A DNA stretch of 62,658 nt, the filler included, from Xylographa opegraphella (Eukaryota), in assembly GCA_022813865.1 (NCBI GenBank). It is 2 parts of 2 records of this genome, joined end to end, with 100 filler letters (N's around TTAATTAATTAA, not from the genome) between each part and the next. Parts side by side here need not be neighbours in the genome. Positions count along the whole stretch, not along the records: positions 1 to 31,593 come from JALDZX010000117.1; positions 31,694 to 62,658 come from JALDZX010000118.1. One strand, given 5' to 3'. The notes beneath the pieces are model-generated. The model made no database searches, had not been told where the DNA came from, and worked only from the letters and a program-made list of their open reading frames with translations. Every line of letters starts with the position of its first letter. Within the stretch, counting starts at the first letter, position 1. Shown here piece after piece: positions 28,101-38,452 of this stretch. A program made the translations under genes and the position numbers.

Positions 28101-31100
28101 TATTAATATATAATTAAAATATTTTTAAAATATCATAAAAATCGAAAAATATAATACAATATTTAAATTTTTTATATTGCGTTCGAAACGTATTAATTCT
28201 TAACCATATTGAATTCGAATTAAATTAAATATCATAATTATATTTGAACGTATAAAACGTCGAATTTTTAATAGTCATTTTATTGATTGAAAAATTAAAA
28301 AAGCAATTATTTTCATCGTAATTTTATTCAAATCGCAATAATTAATGTAAAATTTTAAAAAGTTATTTTTTATATAGAGAAATTCACGCGTTTATTAAAC
28401 TCGTAAATTTTTTTAACAAATTTTAATAAAAAATTTGTATCGATATAAACTTATAATTTTTTAGATTTTTAATTTTTAATTTAAAAGAATTGTACAGAAC
28501 ATCGAAAAGAAATATTTTATTTCATAAAAATTTAAATGTATAATCGATTTTAAAGCGATACTTAAATAATATAATTACTTTAAATTCGTTAAAAATATTT
28601 ACAAAATTTGTATATATTTTTAGAAATATAAACAATTTAACATCGAGTTCGACGATTTAAATTATTATTATTATATTATCAACTTCCAGGGTACGTAATA
28701 CAATATTTATATTTATACATAATATTGATAAAAAGGTTTTTTCCAATAAAATAATTCGAAACTTTTAATTATTTTCTAAATTATTTTTCATAAATTATAA
28801 TAGCTCGAAAATTACATCGTATTTTAATAAAATTATTATTTAAGAAATTGTTTATATTTAATTACTCTAAATTTTATAATAATAAAGTAATAGTTATTGA
28901 TAAATTTTATTTCTAAAATTTACTAATTTATTTTTTAAACTGCGGAAGTTGTTAAATTTGCGAGCTTTAAAGTATGTATATTAATTTATATACATAGAAT
29001 AAAATTTATTATTATATTATAAATAATTTAATAATATAACGTAATTTTTTGCGTATAATTTTAAATAGTAAAATATCATAAATTAGCTAAAATTATCAAA
29101 TATAAATCATTTAAAATTAAAAACGTATTTTTACGCTATTTTTATTTTCGCGACGAAATGTTTCTCGCAGTAAAATTATTTAATTTTATATTTTAATTAT
29201 TCATCAAGTACCTGATAGATTTATAATATTTCTATAATTTATTTTTTAATCGGTGATCGCGCTCGTTATTAATTAAACTTTTTTATGTTTAAGAAAATTA
29301 CTTGTTTTACGAAATAATATTAATATTTAAAATATTTTTTTAAATATTTAATTTTAACTTTTTCGCGTTTATATATTATAAATTTTTTGTTCAATATGTA
29401 GTTTACTAGCGCTAAATTTGCCTTTATTTTAAAACATAAATTATTTAAAAACGGCGTTTTTATAAAAGAGTTTAAAAAAGTAGTCGATTGCGATACGATT
29501 TATTATTTTATTCGATAATTTTGATTCAAAAATAATATAAACGATTTAATCGTTTTATATTATGTTATTAAAGAAATTTTAAAATTATTGATAAACTTTT
29601 AAATTGGCTAATTCGAGTTACAGGCGAATTATAGTATTAAATTTTCCGTTATTATATTTATATCGATGTTTTTATAATATTTTCTTATTTAAAATTTAGA
29701 ATAATACTATGAAATAATTGCGCGGTAAAAACTTTTTATTTTCTTGTTCTATTATAAATACTTCATAATTAGTTCGTTTTTTAAAATTTTAAAGGCGTAT
29801 AATATTCGAGCTTCATTTAATTAAAATATATGTAAAACTTATTCGAGATTGTATTTTATATTTATGAATTAAAACCTCGAATTTTCAATTTTATAATAAA
29901 TTAAAAATTATTTAAATAAAATTTTAAAAGCGCCGTAATCTTTCGATTCGCTGTACGACAATAATAATTGAAAAATTTATATGAATAAAATAATGATACA
30001 AATAAACATAATTTTTAATAATTTTTTATTTTAATATAATAGTGCTCGAGTAATCAAGGATTTAATATTTATAAATTTATTTTGAAATCCTTTAAAGGCT
30101 GTCGCGAAAATATTTATAAAATAAAAATAAAAATTAATATAATGTATAACTAAATTTCTTCATTTAATTTAAATTTTTTATTTTTTAAATTATATAATCA
30201 ATCATATTTCAAATCGAATTCGATTTAAGTTAATTTCGCGAAACGCGAATTCTCGAGTACGTATTAATAACGTATATTTTAATACGAATAATTATTTATT
30301 AAAATTTAATAATATAAATTCGTTAATATCTAACGATCGTGTAAATATACGTATTATAAATAAACAATTTTTTATAATTAAATTTCGAAGAAATTTATTG
30401 AATAATATTAATAGTATTTATACGCGTAATTCGAGTAAATAATTATTTTAAAATTTTTCGAGAATATTTAACTCGTCGCTATCGCTATTGTGGTGGATTC
30501 GGGGCGGGTCTTTTGGGCGCTTTTTGATTGGGAGCTTCCTTCCTCACGATCTGCATATAGCGATAGAGCAGCAGAGCCACAACGGCAGTTAATTCGTTTT
30601 TTTTCTTCTTTTCACTCTCTGTCGGACGGAAAGTGACCTTATTCAGAAAAGACTTGACCTAGCTGCGACCCCGATCCAATCCTTTTGCCTACCCCTTTGC
30701 CTACTCAACTAGGCTGCTGCGGACTTCCTACGAATTCCTTTACACTATTAAATTTATAAACGCCGGCCGAGTTTAGATATAAAAGTTTTTAAATATCATT
30801 ATAGTATTTTAAGCGAATTTTTTAATACGATTTTTTCGACTAAAAAACTCGTTTCGTAATATATTTACCTTGTTATTAATTATATAATCGGGTGTAATTG
30901 TTTTATATATAATTATTTAAAAAAAATAGTAATTTAAATACGTATCGACGGTAGTATTATGCGAAATAAACGTAAACGATAAAAACAAAGCGAAAAAATA
31001 TTGAAAAAAATTAAAAATACGCTTGCTTGACCGAGCGATTATTATAAATAATTTCAATTTATAAAATATAAAGTGTAAACTCAGATTGCAGTACGTATTT

Positions 31101-31283
31101 AATTTATTAAATTAAAATTAAAAAGGGAAGCGTTCAAATTCGTAGGTTTTAATTATATATATATTAAACTTTTTAAACGAGAAGCCACGCCCAGGATGCG
31201 AGAAGCCGAAAATTACGCTTAAAATACAAATCGGCAGATAAAAAAAATAAAATCGAACGTTATTTCGAACTCTGCATTTTACA
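25104..31283 (-). mobile_element. Full-length RIP-degenerate Ty3/Gypsy retrotransposon (element E) with both LTRs and TSD
   Basis: LTRs at 25104-25329 and 31060-31283 (~225 bp, TG...CA). 5-bp TSD TTAAG/CTAAG (one C>T). Minus-strand PPT AAAAAGGGGAGAATA at 25331-25345. RT relics TFRTQYKKFKYCI (~28150-28190) and TYLNNI (YLDDI relic, ~28047-28064). Confidence 0.9.
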
Positions 31284-31527
31284 CTAAGCCGTTAAGTAGT
31301 TAATAATCAAAAATTTAATAAATTTTTCGAAAATAAAAATCTTAATGATACGGCCTTAAGCAATAATAATTACGACAACGATTACGACCAAAATTATAAT
31401 AATTATAATTATTATTATGGCCACAGCTCGAATAGTTACAACTCGAAATAATTATAAAAATTAAATATTTTAAATTTTAAAATATTTATATTATTGACCT
31501 GCGTCATTTATTTTTTACACTTTAATC

Positions 31528-31593
31528 GATTTTTATTTTTTATTTTTTATTTTTTATTTTTTATTTTTTATTTTTTATTTTTTATTTTTTATT
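31528..31593. repeat. (ATTTTTT)n microsatellite at contig end
   Basis: About nine 7-bp units running into the N gap. Confidence 0.9.
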
Positions 31594-31693
31594 NNNNNNN
31601 NNNNNNNNNNNNNNNNNNNNNNNNNNNNNNNNNNNNNTTAATTAATTAANNNNNNNNNNNNNNNNNNNNNNNNNNNNNNNNNNNNNNNNNNNN
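31594..31693. other. Assembly gap with artificial six-frame-stop linker
   Basis: 44 N + TTAATTAATTAA (31638-31649) + 44 N = exactly 100 nt. Confidence 0.92.
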
Positions 31694-31860
31694 GGCATAG
31701 GGTCGGGCCGTCTCACGACCGGGCGCTAGTCCCCTAGTGTTTTAGCCCCACCCCGAGAAGGGAGAACCTTAACAAGGCAGGCCCGAACCAGGCCCTTTCC
31801 TGCAAGGAAAGCAGGTCTACGCCTGCAAAAATACTAATTGAATCAACTGTACTCCGTAAT

Positions 31861-31990
31861 ATAATTATTGCAGCGTAGCTGCTATTAGGATAAGGGGGGT
31901 CCAAATCGAACTTCGGCCGCTAGTGGCGCAGATTGTTCCGCTCCGATCAGTACTTTTTTTTTGCCTTTGCGAGTTTAGCTTCAGCGGGGC
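31861..31990 (+). repeat. ~120-bp dispersed repeat, copy 1 (little mutated)
   Basis: TTGCAGCGTAGCTGCTATTAGGATAAGGGGGGTCCAAATCGAACTTCGGCCGCTAGT...TACTTTTTTT aligns with 47342-47465. Confidence 0.75.
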
Positions 31991-32386
31991 CTTGGCTCTC
32001 CACAACGCTGCATATTTAACAAGAGGTCCCCTCACGCTGGATCACCTGGTATTTCAAGAATTTGCTTCATCTCTTGTGTTGTTATCCACAAAATATTAAT
32101 TCAAAATTATTAAACAATGATTCAATATTAGATAAAATAATAATAATAAAAATAATTATAATAATAAAGCCTTTGTGTTATTGTTTTCCAATGTAATTAG
32201 TAAGTCTCGTTTTTTTCACTCGCGAGGTAGCGTAGGAAAGTCGTTCTTACCGTTCACAGCAGCACAGCCACTACAGGGCTATAGTGCTTAAAAGCAAAAT
32301 GCTGCGTTTATTTACAACGCCAAAGCATTATTCACGAGCATCAATAAAGGCATTCTCCGTCACCGCCTCCACTATTGCCTTTAGTG

Positions 32387-34719
32387 TCACATCTTTTGCG
32401 CCTTGGTCGTGCGCTCCCAGAACTCCAATGTTGCCGCTGTGGCAAACCTTTAGTTTCACAACCAACTAGACGAGGGGGAAGACAAACCAGCTAGGAACCC
32501 AGGTATCCATTGCCTTTCCTCAACCCAAAAGCGGATTAATCCTTTAATCTCGATAAAGAACTCAGGTGATGAAGCCTTCATCGCCCCACTCAGCCCGTCA
32601 AAAATGAGTGAACCGCCTTCGCCGTCTTCGCCATCATCCATTGTGGTTGGATTGTACAGTGATGTGAGGCGAAATCGTCCCTGTGGCATGGGATCCATCT
32701 TCCAGCCTAACAGACTTGCCACTGCCTCCCTGAAGTCTGTTGTCGTCTTCGCAAACACCTGCTTCAGCCTCAGCATCCGCTTCTCCTTTTCTTGTATTGC
32801 ATACTCTAACTCCACGATCTTCACTCGGGCGTTCTCGAGGCTAATAATCGGTACTACTTTTGTACTGTGAGGCGCAGCCTCAAGCTGGGCTAGTAGGGCT
32901 CGATTTTCTTCTCGCAAATAGGTGATTGTGCTAAACTTGAGTCTCTGGACATCGTCGGTGGGGTTAGAGCGGAGAGCTAGTATGCGGGTTCCTGAGGTCT
33001 GCTGAAGGGCAAAAAGTTGGGATCTGGTTGCCGATAGTTCCGACGTAAGGGACGCGTTGTTTTGTTGTAAGAACGCAAAATCGCCCTGAAGCTTGCGATT
33101 TTTGCGGGATAGTTCACCAAGTCGATCATCGGATTCGTCTTCATGTGGTCTCTTAAGATATCGCGCGTCATGGCCAGAATGGTTCTCGTCTCGCTTGGAG
33201 AGCTCATCGTGGAGGGTTTGCAATTCACCTCTGTATTGCGAGACAAGGGTTTCAAGATCTTGAACACGTTTGTTGATATTCTCCTTATCATGAGTAGGTG
33301 TCTCGACAGTAAAATCCTCCCCATCAAACGTTCGAAGTTGTTCTCTCAGGTACTCAACTTCCTTCACAGCGAGCGCTTTCTGTCTTTCTAGCCGGCCTTT
33401 TGCGCGGTTATTATCGCTGCCCCCTGCAACTTTTATCCTTTCGATCTCTAATTTAAGTGTCCGTCGTTCCAGTTCGAGGTTATTGATGATGGATTCTTTC
33501 TCAGTCACCTCCGGCTGGACTGCTCCAAGCCGTTCGGTAAGTGACGCATTGACCAATCTTTCCCGAGCTAATGCTCGCGCAAAGCCCTCGGGAGAGTCAA
33601 ATTCAATTTGACCGTCGCTGCTGGTACTTTCCAAGTACGAAGCCCATGACTTCCTCTCGTCCTCCAGCATCTGCCTTTGAAATTGTGCTTCCACAAGCTG
33701 CCGCTGCAGGGCATCTATCATCCTAATCTTGTTCTCCAAAACCCGCTTTTCTTCCTCTACAATTTCCACAGCTTTGTGGACCTGGCGTAGATGTCGGAGC
33801 TCTACACTCAGTTCCCGATTGATCCTTTCCAGGTTTCTTATGTGATTTACTTGTTCCGTCAATTCTCTTCTGACCGTCTCGATCTCTCCCCCATCGCCGG
33901 CAATAGCCTTCAATTCGATCACCTCACTTTCTAACTTTCCAACCTCTGCCTCTCGTCGCGAGAGTTTCTCTTCGGTGGCCTGCAGATTACGTACCTTACT
34001 CCCAAGGTCACTTCGCAGATCGTCAACCGTTCTCTGTAAAGCTGCACGTTTATTTTCTACTTCCAGCAATTGATACTTCCGTTGACGGTCGATGGAGAGG
34101 AGCTCTGTTTGAGCTTCCTCGAGATCATCCCTGAGAGATCTATTCTCCTCGTAGGCAGTTCGCAACTTCTTGTCAAGATCATTTTGCCGGTTCACCGAGT
34201 CGTCCTGCAGGGCTTTTAGTTCTTTTTGCAGTATTTCATGTTTGTGGACCGTGACATGTTTGCTACTTTCAGAATCCTGTAATAGATTGCAGTTAACATA
34301 GCGATGTGAAGAAAAGTTCTGGTTACCTACTTGCGATCGCCTGAAATCTAGCTCGGCCTTTGCCTGCGCATCCCGTAGCTCCTTCTCGTACCGTAGGGTC
34401 GTCAGGGCCCGGTCCTGTTTATATGATTCCACCTCGTACTGAAGGCTCTTTATTCGAGCACGGAGGTCCTCATTGCCGATGTCTTGGTTAAGTCAGTATG
34501 AGTTGCTGAGTAAAAAATGAGAAATGTTCGTACCTGGCTTGACGACCTGTGGTTCGTGAAAGCTTTGCTGGTGGGAGAGATGTGGAGACGACGTAGATGA
34601 GCCGGTGAAGAGATCGAACGTAGGTTGAATGGTCGTATTCCTGTTTGCAACATGCTATTCTCACTTAGCAGTAGCACTGAATCCATATCGTAAAGACCCA
34701 ATACCCTGAAAGCTGCCAT
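32387..34719 (-). CDS. MAD1: Spindle assembly checkpoint protein Mad1
   Basis: Long coiled coil with Mad1 motifs RILALRSNPT, KEKRMLRLKQVF and FREAVASLLGWKMD, and C-terminus FWVEERQWIPGFLAAATLEFWERTTKAQKM*. Exons 34719-34705, 34654-34534, 34482-34331, 34276-32488 and 32436-32387; GT-AG introns of 50-54 nt keep the frame. Confidence 0.93.
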
Positions 34720-34948
34720 TATCTCAGGAATCGCAAGCGCATCGTTATTCACTTCAGAACAACGCGATCGATATCTATTTACTACTCATGTAGCATTCCG
34801 CCTTATTTGGTGTTGCTGCAAAAATCGGTTAAGTCATGGTAGTGCATGATTGGCCCATCAGGCAGCTTAGCGCAGCAGGGCGATTCACGGCTTGGAAGAC
34901 CCGATCAGGCAATACTGCCAAGATCCACCGACGTACGAGGTAGAAACG

Positions 34949-35474
34949 CAGCGAATTCCTCGGCTGACCCTGGCGCACCCCCGTAATTTCCCCGTTGTAC
35001 CCTCTGTCCCCTGTTTTGTCACTATTCCTCGGCCGACCCTAGTCTGAAGCCCTAAAGCGCGTAATCCTTTATAAAAGTTACGCACGCAGTACCATTATTA
35101 TTCGCAGCTTCGTAGCCCCCATTCGCAGCCCCTATTCGTAGTTCCCTTTTTGCTTTATAAAGGCCTATAATTCCGTTGCAATTTAAGCTTGACCCTTTTT
35201 ATTTCGAGTTTTAAAAAGGATTTTTCTTAGGCGCAACAGGTATAAAAACAGCGCGTAACCAGCACGTGACTAAAACGAAAATAACGATAAAAAACGTCAT
35301 CAAATGGTAATCGTAGTAATAAACTAATTAGAATACGAAAAGCGAGGGTCTGCCGAGGAAACTAATTAGAATACGAAAAGCGAGGGTCAGCCGAGGAATA
35401 ATAACAAAACAGGGGACACGGAGTACAACGGGGGAATTATGGGGGTGCGCCAGGGTCAGCCGAGGAATTCGCTG
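34949..35474. mobile_element. Non-autonomous TIR element (MITE), Mutator-like by TSD length
   Basis: ~92-bp TIRs starting CAGCGAATTCCTCGGCTGACCCTGGCGCACCCCC. Perfect 10-bp TSD GGTAGAAACG (34939-34948 and 35475-35484). No transposase. Confidence 0.9.
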
Positions 35475-35943
35475 GGTAGAAACGTTATTATTACACAGTA
35501 CGCGAGTTGACGTTTCGTGAAAAGCTTATTACTCCACCATCTACACAAGTTCTCCTAGAATCTGTTTGTTCCAGGACGAGTCAAGTGACCATTTCGGATG
35601 CAGTCGTTTTAATACCATCTTGCATTGTTCTAGTGATACAAATCGATATTCCGCTCTTCGCGCTCTGCAAGCTCCCATCAAGAAAAGAAACATAGATTCA
35701 CCACGTTAACTAAAAGTTGTATCAAAGAACCCAAGATTGATGAACATTCCAGAGCATCACCAGGATCAGCCAACGAAGTGTTGCGGCTTTCTCATATCTT
35801 AGCTTGGAATTTTCAAATCCAGGATGTACTTCGACTACTCCGTCGAGCGTGGCCAAGTCATCGCAACAACAACACCGAGCGGCCTAACCCAGCTCTCATA
35901 AATCTATCAATCTTCCCTTGTCCTGTGCTTTGTGCTATGCTAA

Positions 35944-37650
35944 TCACATAGAACGTCCAGGAACCGGTTTCCTCTTTGGAGGTGTATCGTTGAATGTCGC
36001 AACAGATTGGACTGAGGCTGAAAATCCCTGCATACTTTGCGAAGAATGAGCCTTCGTGACCATGAGGCTTGAGCTCGGAGGATTGTTGCGCTTCCCACGA
36101 TCATCGCCAGCTGAGTTGCTTCTCGTTTCACTGCCAGGACTATTGGCGGCTTCTTGAGATCCACCAGCGTAAGGTCCAGGGGACATTGATCTTGGTACAT
36201 TATCTTGACGTTTAACAGGTACACAGATACCTGATGAAGGATTTTCCGAAATCTTGGAGCGAGGCTTGACAGGACGGGCGGAAAGGCAAGTACGAGGTGC
36301 CACCCCTTGCTGCGATCTATCGAGACGGATGCAAAGGGCCTATATCCATATTAATGTCACTCGGACACCCTGATAACGCGAAATTATACTTACCCATCCA
36401 TCATCATACTCATGCAAAAGTCTGACCAGCTGTCCGGCTTTAAGCTCCAACTCGTCCTCCATTGACGGCTTGAAGTCGAGCTGTATACGATGGACATCGA
36501 TGCGAGAAGTAGAAGCAGCCGCATCAACAACAGATCTCGATTTCATACTACACTCCGTAAAGGCAGGGCTGGGCATGGCACCGTCCATCGGCTGGCGCAT
36601 ACTAGGTGTGACTATCGGTTTGATATCACGAGCCTTTGGGGCATTGTGGCGCTGGGCAGTATTGGCCGAGGTAGCGCCAGCGACAGCACCGCCTTCGATA
36701 CAGGCGGGAGCATTGTCAGATGTAACTGTTCCAATCCGGAGTGGCGCAGGGATGTCCTGATTTACTCGAGAGACTTCCGCATATTTTCCGAATGGATTAG
36801 CCGCAGGATCTGGTGCTGTTTGTGCCTTCTCCACATCCAGGTTTTGTATATTACGTAGAGCACCAGACATTGCGACTTCACGCTGTGTGCGTGGCTGCAT
36901 CGAATCCCGCCGAGTAAGTTGTGGTGGCGTTGAAGTCCGTGCTGGTGTTGATGCTTGTGCAGGAACTGCTGCACGATCACCGAAGGGGTTTTTCTCATCT
37001 TCTGCAGGTTCATATGGTTTGTTATTTTGCTTTTTCCTATGGAGGAGGCAGAGAGCCGCAACAGCAAGAAGCGCGACGAGACCGAGGATAACACCGACAG
37101 CAACACCCGTTTTTCCACCACCTGACAGTCCAGGTGAGCCTAGGGGAGTGACGACAGGGGTTGAAGTGGCCGAGACAACGGAAACAGGAGGAATATTCGA
37201 AGCATTCGCCGATATGGACACAGGCTGAGATGCGGGTTGACTAGCTGAAGGTGTTGTCGTTGCCTGGACCGAATCTAATGGTGACGAAGAAATGCGAATG
37301 TTGTTTGTTGAACTTGCTGAAGTGGTAGGCGACGCATCGCCTGAAGGCAATACAAATGACTGTGCAAGGGCACTTGAAATCTCCAATGCTGTTGACTCTT
37401 CGGCGGCAGTTGTGGGCACTGGCACTGGTGATTGGATTGTCGAAGTTTGGACAGGAGCCACAGGAACGATTGTGGTGTAACCTCCCACCGGGCCTTTGAA
37501 AGTGGGCGTAGCAGTCACATAGACCACAGATACCAAGGTTGCCACACTTGGTTCTATCAGCTTCACTCCATGCTCCAATACATTGAGATCGTTGCTAAGA
37601 TCATAGCCCGAGTGGTCGACTTGACGACGAACATGGTGCTGATGATGCAT
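35944..37650 (-). CDS. Single-pass membrane protein with Ser/Thr-rich ectodomain and C-terminal SH3 domain (Fus1-like)
   Basis: S/T/P-rich N-half, TM helix GVAVGVILGLVALLAVAALCLL followed by HRKK, and SH3 VHRIQLDFKPSMEDELELKAGQLVRLLHEYDDGW|ALCIRLDRSQQGVAPRTCL. Exons 37650-36394 and 36339-35944; GTAAGT...TAG intron of 54 nt. Confidence 0.88.
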
Positions 37651-38122
37651 ATTGTGAATGGCGCGTAGAAATCAAGATTTGAACGATGGCCAGTGGATCT
37701 GTGAGTCTGATGGTATGTCGTCGCGGATCCTGCGCGAAGTGCTTCAAGGGATGGTGGCGAAACGAAAGGAATGTGAAAGGTCTGCGCGCCCGGTCGAAAG
37801 GAGTGACGACCTGATGCGTTACATTTGAAAGGAGCGAAAGTGTCGATGGCTAGCACAACGACCTTGAAGGTGGGAGAATAATATTAGAGTACCGAAAGTG
37901 AAAGGAAGTTTCCAGGAAACATGCAGAGTATTTAGCGTCAGGGGTGTAATTAGGGTACCTAGGTACTTTATTAACATCAAGGTAATCACCGCCTATCGAT
38001 CTCAGGTGGCATTTTAAGCGTGTTTGAGGATGACAAGGCGGCTTGGCATAGCGGGGGCGCTCGAGCCAACCAAAGAGCTCGTAACAACGTCAAATCTGGT
38101 GGAGATTACTGACGAATCCATT

Positions 38123-38323
38123 AGGGACGTTTAGCAAAAAACTGTTCTGTTAAACTAATAAAATCTGAAGGATCTTGGCAGTAAATTATTGCCTGATCGG
38201 GTCTTCCAAGCCGTCCAACAGGAGTCCTCTGTTCCGCTAAGCTGCTTAGTCGGCCAATCACACATTGCCAAGACTTAACAGATTTTACAAGTTTAACAGA
38301 GCAGTTTTTGGCTAAACGTCCCT
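38123..38323. mobile_element. ~200-bp MITE with ~70-bp imperfect TIRs
   Basis: AGGGACGTTTAGCAAAAAACTGTTCTGTTAAACT... is mirrored by ...AGTTTAACAGAGCAGTTTTTGGCTAAACGTCCCT. Flanks parse as a 3-bp TSD ATT, or as TA if the element is 38124-38322. Confidence 0.85.
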
Positions 38324-38452
38324 ATTATTGCTGTACACAGTATTAGGTATGACTATGTACGGTAGGGCTAGCTATCCTTCAACCAACACATTGAAGCCTT
38401 ATGGACACTTTTATCTTGATACACATCCACCGCCCGCTCGTGCGGTTCGACC

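Noticed and set aside
1..31593. AT-rich DNA as mitochondrial insertion or contaminant
   Set aside because: No mitochondrial gene motifs seen; decayed retrotransposon domains and LTR/TSD structures explain it.
31707..31722. GTCGTGAGAC (minus strand) resembling a conserved LSU rRNA loop
   Set aside because: Only about 10 nt match; the flanks do not resemble rRNA.
31915..31962. tRNA/Pol III-like look (TGGCGCAGATTG, GTTCCGCTCC, T-run)
   Set aside because: A- and B-box-like motifs are directly adjacent, the B-box is mismatched and no cloverleaf forms.
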